Origin: Octopus sinensis
Lineage: Eukaryota
Length of the DNA: 38,077 nt
NCBI RefSeq assembly: GCF_006345805.1
Contig: NW_021835831.1
Location: forward strand, 1 to 38,077
Direction: 5' to 3'
Shown: piece by piece, positions 1 through 11,682 of the stretch
Position numbering within the stretch: the first letter of the stretch is position 1
How the letters are laid out: each line of letters starts with the position of its first letter
Notes under the pieces: generated by a model
Seen by the model: only the letters and a program-made list of their open reading frames with translations
What the model was told of the DNA's origin: nothing
The model's database searches: none
Made by a program: the position numbers and the translations under genes

Positions 1-120
1 GTTGTTTTAGGCAAGTCTTCTACTATAACTTCAGCATGACCAAAGCCTTGTGAGCGGATTTGGTTGAAGGAATATGATGGAAGCCCATCATATATACATG
101 TGTGTGTGCTTGTGTTTGTG
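1..120 (+). mobile_element. SINE family A, partial copy cut by the window edge
   Basis: GGCAAGTCTTCTACTATA...CCAAAGCCTTGTGAG.GGATTTGGT matches the 5' half of the full copy at 3921-4324. Confidence 0.75.
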
Positions 121-140
121 TGTACGGGTGTGTATGTTTT

Positions 141-169
<29 letters not shown>

Positions 170-173
<4 letters not shown>

Positions 174-3100
174 GTATCATCCATCATCATCCTCATTTAA
201 CGTCCGCTTTCCATGCTAGCATGGGTTGGACGGTTCAACTGGAGTCTGGGGAGCCCGAAGGCTGCACCAGGCCAGTCAGATCTGGCAGGTGTTTCTACAG
301 CTGGATGCCCTTCCTAACGCCAACCACTCCGAGAGTGTAGTGGGTGATTTTATGTGCCACCGACACAGTGCCAGACGAGGCTGGCAGACGGCCACGCTCG
401 GATGGTGTTTTTATGTGCCACCTAGACACAAGTGCCAGATGAGGCTGGCGAACGCCACGATCGGATGGTGTTTGTTACGTGCCCGGATAGTGTTTTGTTA
501 CGTGCCCACAGCACGGAGGCCAGTCGATGGCGGTACTGGCTACGGCCACGTTCGGATGGTTTTCTTGTGTGCCACCGGCACTGGTACCACAAAGATACAA
601 TTCCATTGAGTTCATCTATTTTGATTTGGTTTGATTTCACTTGCCTCAACAGGTCTTCACAAGTGTCATAAGAAGGAAGGTAATGCACAGGTAGACTGAC
701 TACGGCTCCCGGTAGGGGCCACGGGTTATGGCCTGACTAGTCTTGCCGGGTCTTTGGATGGTGTTTTTATGTGCCACCAACACAGGTGCCAGATGAAGCT
801 GGCGAACGGCCACGATCGGATGGTGTTTGTTACGTGCCCACAGCACGATGTGGTACTGGCTACCGCCACGTTCGGATGGTTTTCTTGTGTGCCACCGGCA
901 TTGGTACCACAAAGATACAATTCCATTGATGTTCATCTATTTTGATTTGTTTTGATGGATTTGATTATGATTATGATTATTATGATTATGATTATTAAAT
1001 TATTATTATTATTATTATCACTTGCTCAACAGTCCTCACAAGTGTCATTTGATTTGATTAGATTAGCACTTGCCTCAACAGGTCTTCACAAGTGTCATTT
1101 GATTTGATTAGCACTTGCCTCAACAGGTCTTCACAAGTGTTATAAGAAGGAAGGTATGCACAGGTGGACTGACTACGTCCCACGGAAGGGGCCACGGGCT
1201 ATGGCCTGACTAGTCTTGCCGGGTCTTCGGACAGGTGCCAGATGAGGCTGGCGAACGGCACGATCGGATGGCGTTTGTTATGTGCCCACAGCACGGAGGC
1301 CAGTCGATGCGGTACTGGCTACAGCCACGTTCGAATGGTTTTCTTGTGTGTGCCACCGGCACTGGTACCAGAGATACAGATTCCATTGATGTTCATCTAT
1401 TTTGATTTTTTTGATTTGTTGATTTGTTGATTTTCACTTGCCTCAAAGGTCTTCACAAGTGTCACAAGAGAAGTATGCACAGGTGGACTCCCAGGTAGGG
1501 GCCACCACGATCGGATGGTGTTTGTTATGTGCCCACATCACAGAGGCCAGTCGATGCGGTACTGGCTACGGCCACGTTCGGATGGTTTTCTTGTGTGCCA
1601 CCGGTACTGGTACCACAAAGATACAAATTCCATTGATGTTCATCTATTTTGATTTGGTTTGATTTGATTTTCACTTGCCTCAACAGGTCTACACAAGTGT
1701 CACACATTTGCCTCAACAGGTCTTCACAGTGTCATAAGAAGGAAGGTATGCACAGGTGGACTGACTACATCGCCGGTCTTCGGATGGTGTTTTTATGTGC
1801 CACCAACACAGGTGCCAGATGAGGCTGGCGAACGGCCACGATCAGATGGTGTTGTTGTGTCCCACAGCACGGAGGCCAGTCGATGCGGTACTGGCTACAG
1901 CCACGTTCGGATGGTTTTCGTTTTTTTGTTGCCACCGGTACTGGAACCACAAATACAAATTCCATTGATGTTCATCTATTTTGATTTGGTTTGATTTTCA
2001 CTTGCCTCAACAGGTCTTCACAAGTGTCACACACGTGTCACCACTTGCCTCAACAGGTCTCCACAAGTGTCACACACTTGCCTCTGCCTCAACAGGTCTT
2101 CACAAGTGTCACATACTTGCCTCTGCCTCAACAGGTCTTCACAAGTGTCATAAGAGGGAAGGTATGCACAGTGGACTGACTACGTACGTCGCCGGGTCTT
2201 CGGATGGTGTTTTTATGTGCCACCGACACAGGTGCCAGATGAGGCTGGCGAACGGGCACGATCGGATGGTGTTTGTTGTGCCCACAGCACGGAGGCCAGT
2301 CGATGCGGTACTGGCTACGGCCACGTTCGGGTGGTTTTCTTGTGTGCCACCGGCACTGGTACCACAAAGAACAATTCCACAATTCCACTGATGTTCATCT
2401 ATTTTGATTTGTTTTGATTTGAATTTTCACTTGCCTCAACAGTCTTCATAAGTGTCACAAGAAGGAAGGTATGCACAGGAGGACTGACTACGTCCCAGGT
2501 AGGGCCACGGGTTATGGCCTGACTAGTCTTGCCGGGTCTTCTCACGCACAGCATACTTCCATAGGTCTCGGTCTCTAGACATTTCCTTAGTGAGACCTAA
2601 GTTCGAAGGTCGTGCTTCACCACCTCGTCCCAGGGTTTTCCTGGGTCTACCTCTTCCACAGGTTCCCTCAACTGCTAGGGTGTAGCACTTTTGCACACAA
2701 CTATCTTCAGCCTTTTCTCGTCACATGACCATACCAGCGCAGCCGTCTCTCTTGCACCCACAATTGACGCTTCTTAGGTCAACTTTTCTCTCAAGGAACT
2801 TACACTCTGACGATTATGAACACTGACATTACACCATCCATCGGAGCATACTGGTTCATTTCTTGCGAGCTTACCATATCCTCAGCAGTCACGGCCCATG
2901 TTTCACTACCATGTAGCATGGCTGTACGTACACTTGCATCATACAGTCTGCCTTTTACTCTGAGCGAGAGGCCTTTTGTCACCATCAGGGGTAAGAGCTC
3001 TCTAAACTTTGCCCAAGCTATTCTTACTCTAGCAGTTACACTTTCAGCACACCCACCCCCGCTACTGACTTGGTCTCCTAGGTAGCGGAAGCTATCAACT

Positions 3101-3273
3101 ACTTCTAGTTTGTCTCCCTGGAACGTGGCAGAAGTTGGTCTCTGCACATTTCCAGTGTTTATTGCTCCTGAGCATTTGCCACAGACAAAAACTATTTTCC
3201 TAGTTAGCCTTCCTTTGACATTGCTGCTGCACCTCTTATGGTCCATAGCTTACACTTGTGCATCTTATAGAGT
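170..3273 (-). mobile_element. RTE-clade LINE, 5'-truncated, with tandemly amplified 3' UTR
   Basis: ORF 2800-3246(-) has HKRC..FVCGKC (PHD half), EVVDSFRYLGD, RVRIAWAKFRELLP, LYDASVRTAMLHGSETWAV; 3' tail (GAT)n near 175-195; homologous to 14491-16278. Confidence 0.9.
340..2545 (-). repeat. Tandem array of about 6 units (~245-460 bp) of RTE 3' UTR with nested ~30 bp subrepeats
   Basis: Marker CCACAAAGATACAATTCCATTGA recurs near 587, 907, 1367, 1612, 1948, 2362; subrepeat CTTGCCTCAACAGGTCTTCACAAGTGTC recurs within units. Confidence 0.9.
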
Positions 3274-3292
3274 GTATGCATGTATGAATGTA

Positions 3293-3309
3293 TATACACA
3301 TATATATTT

Positions 3310-3354
<45 letters not shown>

Positions 3355-3364
3355 ATATATATAT
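3293..3364. repeat. (TA)n microsatellite
   Basis: Direct reading. Confidence 0.95.
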
Positions 3365-3384
3365 AATAATAATATTATTATAAT

Positions 3385-3890
3385 TTGAGGGAATATTATT
3401 CCTAACTTACAGGGAAAATTCAATTTAGAAATACTAAATCAAATTTCACAAAATATAATATATATATAAACATTAGAAAAAACCACCTTTTTCAATTCAA
3501 AATGAACAATTAAATTACAACATCTAGAAAATTACATATAATAGAAATATTAAAAATAAAATAACAATAACATATACCAATGATTAAGTAAATTGCAAAA
3601 TAATAATAATAACGTATAAAATCTTTAATATTATTAATAATTTTTAAAATATATTCCTTTCTAGATGGTATAGGAATATCCTTCAAAGATGAATTCCAAA
3701 AGATATACAAGAGTTATGGAATGGAGTATGGTAAATCCAGGCTGCATATGTTTCATAGTAAGCAGAACCTTAGAAGTGGTAAAAACTGAGTGAGGTGTAT
3801 ACCATTGGCTAATCTTCAGACCAAGGATAGATTAAAGGACTGATTAGATCAGGCCAAGGATTGATTGTTGCAAGGACATATATGTTGGTA
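3385..3890 (-). mobile_element. Penelope-like element remnant (pLTR plus ORF N-terminus) and adjacent AT-rich repeat
   Basis: Minus-strand SLKDIPIPSRKEYILKIINNIKDFIR resembles the S(L/T)KNIPIPS..Y...LI N-terminus of Penelope-like ORFs; hammerhead-like motif just upstream; 3395-3600 homologous to 36919-37320. Confidence 0.6.
3735..3828 (-). ncRNA. Degenerate type I hammerhead ribozyme motif
   Basis: Minus strand CTGAAGA...GAAAC-ATAT-G(-)C-AGCCTGGAT; U16.1 missing, stems I and II only partly paired. Confidence 0.45.
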
Positions 3891-3920
3891 TTTATAAATA
3901 CACACACACACACATATATA

Positions 3921-4324
3921 TGGCTGTGTGGTAAGTAACTTGCTTACCAACCACATGGTTCAAAGTTCAGTTCCACTGTATGGCATCTTGGGCAAGTGTC
4001 TTCTACTATAGCCTTGGGCCGACCAAAGCCTTGTGAGTGGATTTGGTAGACGGAAACCGAAAGAAGCTCATTGTATATATATATATATATGTATGTGTGT
4101 GTATATGTTTGTGTGTCTGTGTTTGTCCCCCCAACATCGCTTGACAACCGATGCTGGTGTGTTTATGTCCCTGTAACTTAGCAGTTCAGCAAAAGAGAAT
4201 GATAGAATGATAGAATAAGTACTAGGCTTACAAAGAATAAGTTCTGGGGGCTATTTGCTAGACTAAAGGCGGTGCTCCAGCATGGCCACAGTGAAATGAC
4301 TGAAACAAGTAAAAGAATAAATGA
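3921..4324 (+). mobile_element. SINE family A (tRNA-like head, CORE-like segment, internal TA/TG microsatellite), full length
   Basis: TGGCTGTGTGGTAAG A-box, GGTTCAAAGT B-box-like, CTTGGGCAAGTGTCTT core-like, tail GAAACAAGTAAAAGA; other copies at 1, 22881, 23920, 32215. Confidence 0.85.
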
Positions 4325-4661
4325 GTATATATATATATATATGCACACACACACACATGCATTTATGTATTTGTTTTGAAAGATTCCTGACATGAAATTG
4401 TGTGTCGAAACAGGCATTCCTATACTTGGGGATGGTCATATTTTTTTGCCAAACTACTAAAAGCACTATATACTCATTCTTTACTTCAGCTTTATTAATC
4501 TTCTCATTATTATTTTAGCTTTGTTTCCTTTGTCACTAAAATAATAATAACAATAATATATCTGAAGTGAAGACCAAGTGTATAGTACATGTGGTTAACT
4601 GGCAAAAAAAATGACCATCCTGAAATATAAATATATATATATATTGGGATGGTCATTTTTC

Positions 4662-5112
4662 GGGGTTTTTCTATGACTATATCTGGCCTATTGGCCTTAA
4701 TTTCTCTCTTTGTGTGTATTGGCATATCCCAGAGTATGTTTACTTTCTCGTTTTCTGTGACCCTTTTCTGGCGTGTGTCTATACTATCCTTTTTCTGTTG
4801 TTATTCCGTAATGCTGGCATAGCTTCCAGTGTATGTAGGTCCCAACTCTGTCGTGTCTGTGAATATATTCCTTCTTAGCCAGGACTGGGCAGCTAGAGAT
4901 AATATAATTTATTGTTTCTTGTCCATCTTCACATATTCTGCAGTTACTTGTTATATTTCTTTTCATTACATGTTTTTGGTAATTTCTGGTGGGGAGGCTT
5001 TGGTCTTCAGCTGAAATTAAAAATCCCTCTGTTTCTGCTTTGAGTCCTGAGCTCCTCAACCATTGCTGGGATTTTTCTCTGTCTATTTCTTTTGCATTTA
5101 GTTTAGCCCAGT
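4662..5112 (-). mobile_element. R4/Dong LINE fragment (CCHC knuckle and start of RLE domain)
   Basis: LKAETEGFLI..CRICEDGQETINYIISSC..HRHDRVG..HWKLC and KANRPDIV; nearly identical to 10163-10560. Confidence 0.9.
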
Positions 5113-5207
5113 ATTTGCCATGAAGGGGCTTTTCTTGCCATTGTTTTATCTTGGTCCGTCACTATTCTAATTTTAGTTTTATTTTCATTTGCTTTATAGC
5201 TTTTGTT

Positions 5208-5428
5208 GTGTCTTCTTCTTCTTCTTCTTCTTCTTCTTCTTCTTCTTCTTCTTCTTCTTCTTCTTCTTCTTCTTCTTCTTCTTCTTCTTCTTCTTCTTCT
5301 CTTCTTCTTCTTCTTCTTCTTCTTCTTCTTCTTCTTCTTCTTCTTCTTCTTTTCTTCTTCTTCTTCTTCTTCTTCTTCTTCTTCTTCTTCTTCTTCTTCT
5401 TCTTCTTCTTCTTCTCTTCTTCTTCTTC
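5208..5428. repeat. (CTT)n microsatellite, about 70 units
   Basis: Direct reading; source of the poly-S/L/F and poly-K/E/R ORFs. Confidence 0.97.
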
Positions 5429-5493
5429 ATATTTGTTAGGTAATATGACTTCCTGTTTGTATTTGTCAGCTTCCTTAAATACTGAAAGCCACC

Positions 5494-5955
5494 ATCATTA
5501 TTGAATGAGAGAGCAGCACATGCCATCAAAGTGACACTAGAGTACAAATATACAAAAGCCAATGCACTCATCATGACTGCCCATCTGGTAAGGAAGGGTA
5601 CACCAGACACATGCATCACAACCATAATTGTGTGACGTGGTGATCTCATAATATCAAGATAAACAGCACATGACCTTGCAGGTGGGGCCTCGTTAGAATT
5701 TTCTTCAGGTTGAGTAACCATCTTATTCAAAAGGTCCCTAAATATGGGTTGTTTAAAGATGATGAACAAAACATGTTTCCAGAGGTGAAATATTCAAACT
5801 ATGATTTCCCACACTACTCATGCTTGTGATCAGAGAAGCACATATCGTCAGCCACTAAGGGACATGCTCAACTGGTTTAGGTCAAGCCACTGACAAGCAA
5901 ATCTGTGGCATTGAGCAGAATATTTGCTGTAACCCATCCTTTACACCAAAACAAA
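5494..5955 (-). mobile_element. Element D, unclassified non-coding interspersed repeat, 5'-incomplete
   Basis: Reverse complement of 7627-8171 (CATCAAAGTGACACT, CATGACCTTGCAGGTGG, CATATCGTCAGCCACTAAGGGACATG). Confidence 0.85.
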
Positions 5956-6039
5956 AGATCAACTCAAGACTAGAGTAAATGACTAACATTTTTTTTTTGT
6001 TTCTTTCTCTCCTCCTGGAATAGGTTGTGTAAATGCTTG

Positions 6040-7090
6040 TGGCCTGAGTACAACATAGAAACAAGATGATCTGCTCAAGGACCTCAGGTCACTACATCTG
6101 TATGCAATCGCTATTATTGAAACCAGGATTTCCAAAATGAAATCACTCACTATATTTGTGGGTGATGAGGTTTATGCCTCCTCCGGTTGGCCTGGATCAA
6201 ATGGCATTGTGGTGCTGTTTCAGAAAGGTCATGACATGTAGATGAGCATGATTTACTCACCGGCGAGCTGGCAGAAACGTTAGCACGTCAGGTGAAATGC
6301 TTAGCGGTATTTCGTCTGCCGTTACATTCTGGGTTCAAATTCTGCCGAGGTCAACTTTGCCTTTCATCCTTTCGGGGTCGATTAAATAAGTACCAGTTAC
6401 GCACTGGGGTCAATATAATCGACTTAATCCATTTATCTGTCCTTGTTTGTCCTCTCTGTGTTTAAAGAAATAGGTTTACCTAGACCTGGTAAAGAAATAG
6501 GTTTACCTAGACCTGGTCAGTATTATGGTGGTTTGGGACATAAGCAGCAAGGAAGGCAATGATGAAACTTTCAGAATAGTAACAGTTTATGCTCCAATAG
6601 GAACCAAATGGCTGGATTTCTTTAGACATCTAGAGACTTTCCTTGAAACATCTTGCACATTATGTGGGAGTGGTGAATAAAAAGAAAGTGGGGTGCAAAA
6701 ACCTCACTAACCTTTTCAGGCAATCCCGGCTTTGCCTCGAATTCTCAAATGCGCCAATGTAGACTTGGTGAAATTGCAGTGGGTCATCCAGGTCATACAT
6801 AGAGATTTTATTAGGCTAGCAGACAGGTAGAGTAGAAGTTGCCCACACTTTCAGATCGTTGGCTATTCAGATTACAAATTCAGGATCTTTACAGTCAACT
6901 TACAAAAACTATTAGACAAGGACCCAGTTCCTCTGCACAGAAAGATTTTAAGGATTGGACAAGTTAAAATGGGAATTAACAGATACCATCACCTGCAACA
7001 GATGATGGGTTTTCTTAAATAAGGAAAATCAAAGAAGCATTAGTTTGTTTTAGTGAGAACGTTGCTTTAGAAAACAATGGGATAGAAAAT
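6040..7090 (+). mobile_element. Degenerate L1/Tx1-like LINE, APE endonuclease region, interrupted by a SINE
   Basis: LLKDLRSLHLYAIAIIETRIS; FRIVTVYAP..FFRHLETFLETS; TW.N..GSSRSYI; CPHFQIVGYSDYK resemble APE subdomains; many stops. Confidence 0.7.
6262..6470 (+). mobile_element. SINE family B (tRNA-derived)
   Basis: GGCGAGCTGGCAGAAACGTTAG head, GGTTCAAATTC B box, CTTTCATCCTTTCGGGGTCG body, AAAGAAATA tail. Confidence 0.9.
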
Positions 7091-7626
7091 AAACTAATTA
7101 GCAGCTTAGAAGCTTGTGTTGGTGGTGTTGGTGTTGGTGATGTTGTTGTTGTTGTTGTTGGTGGTGGTGGTGCTGGTGGTGAAAAGTATTTTTTTTTATT
7201 GAACTATAATATTCTTCTTCTACCTGTTTGTTCACACTATGCTTTAGTTTGTGAAAAAGAGGAAGAGGGAATGTGAGAGTGAGTGAGAAAGTATATAGCC
7301 AGTTGATGTATTATGCTGTCACTCATGTGATTAGTGGAAGTGAGAGGTGCAGAGAAAGAGAGAAAGGTTAAAGACATGAAGAGGGGAATTACATTGTTAA
7401 AAAGTTTGTTGAAAAAGTAAAGAGAAAGAGAGAAATATAAAGTGTTTAGCAGAGGGAATTTTTAAAATCATATATTATTGTGACTGGAAGTGAAATAACT
7501 TAGCAAAATAAAAATATAAATCAACCTTTCTCACTTAAATAACTTCTCTTAATCTTTTTATTATTCTATGGAATTTCCACAGGTCTCACTAGTAATAATA
7601 ATAATAGTAATAATAATAATAATAAT

Positions 7627-8171
7627 TGCCCTGATGCAGTACCAGGCAGTGGCTCTCATGGCTTCTGATCTTAACTGATTGGAAGTGTTATCATGTACAT
7701 TGTTTTGTCTTGTATAAGAGATGGGCTACAGCAAATATTCTGCTCAATACCAGATTTGCTTGTCAGTTGTTTGACTTAACTAGTTGAACATGTCCCTTAG
7801 TGGCTGACGATATGTGCATCTCTGATCACGAGCAGAAGTAGTGGGGGAGCATCATAGCCATGTGTTGAGAAGGATTCTTTGGGGTTTGAATAATTCACCT
7901 TGGAAACATGGGTGTTTCGTTCAACGTCCTTAAAACCCTTATTCAGGGACCTTTTGAGCGGGATGGGTTACTCGATCTGAAGAAAATTCTAACTGGGCTC
8001 CACCTGCAAGGTCATGTGCTGTTTATCTGATATGAGATCACCATGTCGCGCACATATGGTTGTGATGCATGTCTGGTGTACCCTTATCAGACGGGTAGTC
8101 ATGATGGGTATACTGGGCTTCGTATATTTTACCCCAGTGTCACTTTGATGGCATTCTCTGCTCGCTCACTC
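7627..8171 (+). mobile_element. Element D, full length (~545 bp), flanked on both sides by (AAT)n
   Basis: Starts TGCCCTGATGCAGTACC after (AAT)n, ends CTCGCTCACTC before (AAT)n; copies at 5494(-) and 25728(+). Confidence 0.85.

Positions 8172-8237
<66 letters not shown>
8172..8237 (+). repeat. (AAT)22 microsatellite between element D and the Dong LINE
   Basis: Direct reading. Confidence 0.97.
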
Positions 8238-8239
<2 letters not shown>

Positions 8240-10944
8240 AATCAGCAAACAAGCAACGCTACTGAGCAACAAAAAGAGAACAAAAATGCTCCGCAAATAT
8301 AACATCACAGAAAAAGACTTGCCGGAGATAAAAGAAAAGCTGAAGCAAGATATCCTTGCCAAAGCTCAAAGGATCCGCCGGTACGAGAAACACCAACGCT
8401 TCTTTAAACAGAACAAAAAGTTCAACTCCGACCCCAAAAAGTTCTACCAAGAACTGGGCAAAAATAAAATAGAAGTTACTGCAGCACCAACGGCAGAAGA
8501 ATTGGAAGAATTCTGGAAAGAAATATGGTCGGCGAACGACAGCCAAAAAAAAGGAGTATGAAAATAACAAACTCGGCATCTGAACAACTTTGGACCCCCA
8601 TAACAACTGAAGAGGTCACCCAGGCACTGCAAAAACTAAGCAAATGGAAGGCACCTGGGCATGACAAGATCCCCAACTTCTGGTTGAAATATCTAACAGG
8701 AATGCACAAAAAGCTGGCTGAAAACTTTAACAGCATACTAGCAGAGCCAGAGACAATGCCTGAATGGCTCACGAAGGGGAAAACCATCTTAATTCCCAAA
8801 TCAAATGAAACAACAAAACCAGAAAACTACAGACCAATAACCTGCCTCCCTACTATGTTCAAGGCATTTACTGCAGTGATATCGCAAAGGCTGAACAAGC
8901 ACCTGGACGAAAACAATCTGTTCCCAGAAGAGCAGAAAGGATGCCGCAAGGGCTCATAAGGCTGTAAAGATCAACTAATGATTAATAAAGCTGTAACTGA
9001 AGACAGCCACAGAAAGAAGAAAGAAAGGCCTCAGTATGGCCTGGATTGACTACAAAAAGGCGTTGATAGCATCTCCGACACATGGATCCTCGAAACACTA
9101 GCCATTAACAAAGTAGCACCAACAATCATAAAAATTCATAGAGCACTCTATGAATAAATGGCAAACAGTCCTACACCTCCAAACAAAAGAGGGACTCATG
9201 AAAACCAAAGACATCCCCATTAGAAGAGGAATATTCCAGGGGAGACACGCTCTCTCCACTCCTTTTCTGCTTGGCACTGTCACCTCTATCTGATATGCTA
9301 AATAGAACTGGATGCGGATATAAAGTTACGGCAAAACGATCAGCCACCTTTTATATATGGATGACCTAAAACTATACGCTGCAAATGACAAACAGCTGGA
9401 AACACTATTAAAGACAGTTCATGGATTTACCAAAGAAATAGATATGAATTTGATTATTAGAAAAATGCGCAAAAGTAACCATGAAAAGAGGAAAACTAGT
9501 TAAGAGTAACAACATCACACTAGATAAGACACAACACACACAAATGAAAGAGAAAATAAAAAAAGAATATTATAGACGAGTTAGATCAATACTAAAACAG
9601 AGCTCAATGCTAAAAACAAGATAATAGGTATCAACACTTTAGCTGTCCCAGTTATAAGTTACAGCTACAATATCCTTACTGGACACGAAATGAACTGTCC
9701 AAAATAGATAGGAAAACAAGAAAAATACTGACAGGATCTAGGATGCATCACCCAAAATCTGACATAGAAAGACTATATATACAACGTATAGAAGGTGGTA
9801 GAGGCCTTATACAGCTGGAAAACTACTATAAAATAACCACCATAGGACTGCAAAAATACCTACTTCAGAAGGAAGAAAAACTGATCCAGATAGCAGCAAA
9901 ACACGAGCAAAACAAAAAACTGTTCTCAGTATTTAAGGAAGCTGACAAATACAAACAAGAAATCATACCACCTAATAAACACAAAGAAGAAGAAGAAGAG
10001 ATGATGAAGAAACAACAAAAGCTATAAAACAAATGAAATCCAAACTAAAAATAGAACAGCAACGAGCTATGATAAAACGATGGCAAGAAAAGCCCCTTCA
10101 TGGTAAATACTGCACTAAACTAAACGCAAAAGAAATAGACAAAGAAAAAATCCCAGCAATGGTTGAGAAGCTCAGGACTCAAAGCAGAAACAGAGGGATT
10201 TTTAATTGCAGCACAAGACCAAAGCCTCCCCACCAGAAATTACCAAAAACATGTAATGAACAGAAATATTACAAGTAACTGCAGAATATGTGGAGATGAA
10301 CAAGAAACAATAAATCATATTATCTCTAGCTGCCCAGTCCTGGCTAAGAAGGAATATATTCACAGACATGACAGAGTTGGAACCTACATACATTGGAAGC
10401 TATGCCAACATTATGGAATAACAACAGAAAAAAGATGGTATAGGCACACACCAGAAAAGGTCACAGAAAACGAGAAAGCAACCATACTCTGGGATATGCT
10501 GATACACACAGATAGAGAAATTAAGGCCAACAGACCAGATATAGTTGTCAGAGATCATGAAGAAAAAAAATGCTTTCTAATTGATGTATCAATACCGGCA
10601 GATGACAACGTGTCTCTAAAAGAAATGGAGAAACTCTCAAAATACAAAGACCTGGAAATAGAGGTAACTAGAATGTGGAACCTGAAAACAGAAACAATTT
10701 CTATCATAGTAGGTGCATTAGGCATGATAAAAAAATATTCAGACAAATACATAACAAAAACACCAGGACTTACAAACACATATAACATACAGAAAATTGC
10801 ACTACTAGGCACTGCCACACATCCTACGCAGAACACTTTCCATACAATAACCATCAGAGCATCACAACAAATCACAGCACATACCCAAGGCACACAGAGC
10901 TGTGCTCGGTAGTGAAGTGAAAGCACGCTATAAAAATAAAACTA

Positions 10945-10947
<3 letters not shown>
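8238..10947 (+). mobile_element. R4/Dong-clade non-LTR retrotransposon (RT + CCHC + restriction-like endonuclease), 5'-truncated and frameshifted
   Basis: WKAPGHD, NYRPITCLP, EQKGC, WIDYKKA, GIFQGDTLSPLLF, HLLYMDDLKLY, CRICGDEQETINHIISSC, RPDIVV..IDVSIP..KEMEKLSKY; (AAT)n on both sides. Confidence 0.93.
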
Positions 10948-10993
<46 letters not shown>

Positions 10994-11066
10994 TAATAAT
11001 AATAATAATATTTTATAATAATAATATAATAATAATAATAATAATAATAAATAATAATAATTATTA

Positions 11067-11112
<46 letters not shown>

Positions 11113-11152
11113 ATATTATTATTATTATTATTATTATTTGTTATTATTATTA

Positions 11153-11192
<40 letters not shown>

Positions 11193-11215
11193 TTATTATT
11201 ATTATATTATTATTA

Positions 11216-11250
<35 letters not shown>
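10948..11250. repeat. (AAT)n switching to (ATT)n at 11060/11061
   Basis: ...TAATAA|TTATTA... read directly. Confidence 0.95.
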
Positions 11251-11407
11251 CAGTAGTTTATTTTTATAGCGTGCTTTCACTTCACTACCGAGCGCAGCTC
11301 TGTGTGCCTTGGGTATGTGCTGTGATTTGTTGTGATGCTCTGATGGTATGGAAAGTGTCTGCGTAGGATGTGTGCAGTGCCTAGTAGTGCAATTTCTGTA
11401 TGTTATA
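11251..11407 (-). mobile_element. R4/Dong 3' end, inverted copy of 10781-10947
   Basis: CAGTAGTTTATTTTTATAGCGTGCTTTCACTTCACTACCGAG is the reverse complement of the upstream element's terminus. Confidence 0.92.
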
Positions 11408-11682
11408 AGTGTTGTTATTATTATTATTATTGTTGTTGGTTGTTGTTGTTGTTGTTATTGTTATTATTATTATTGTTATCATCATCATCATCATCATCAT
11501 CATCATTATTATTATTATTATCATTATTATTATTATAACATTTTAAAAGGATTGACATAACTCTTCACAAAGGTAAACAGACAAGACAAAGAGCATGATG
11601 CAATTGCGATAGATATTTTAATGGTTGAACAATATTTTGACAGCAAACCTGTCATTGTCAAGTTCAAAATAAGAAGTGACAA

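Noticed and set aside
340-2545. CRISPR-like repeat array
   Set aside because: Units are long, variable, lack unique spacers and are LINE 3' UTR sequence; eukaryotic context and no cas genes
5151-5769. Long poly-S/L/F and poly-K/R/E ORFs as genes
   Set aside because: Translations of the (CTT)n microsatellite; the same applies to the YI-, HT-, N- and CV-rich ORFs elsewhere
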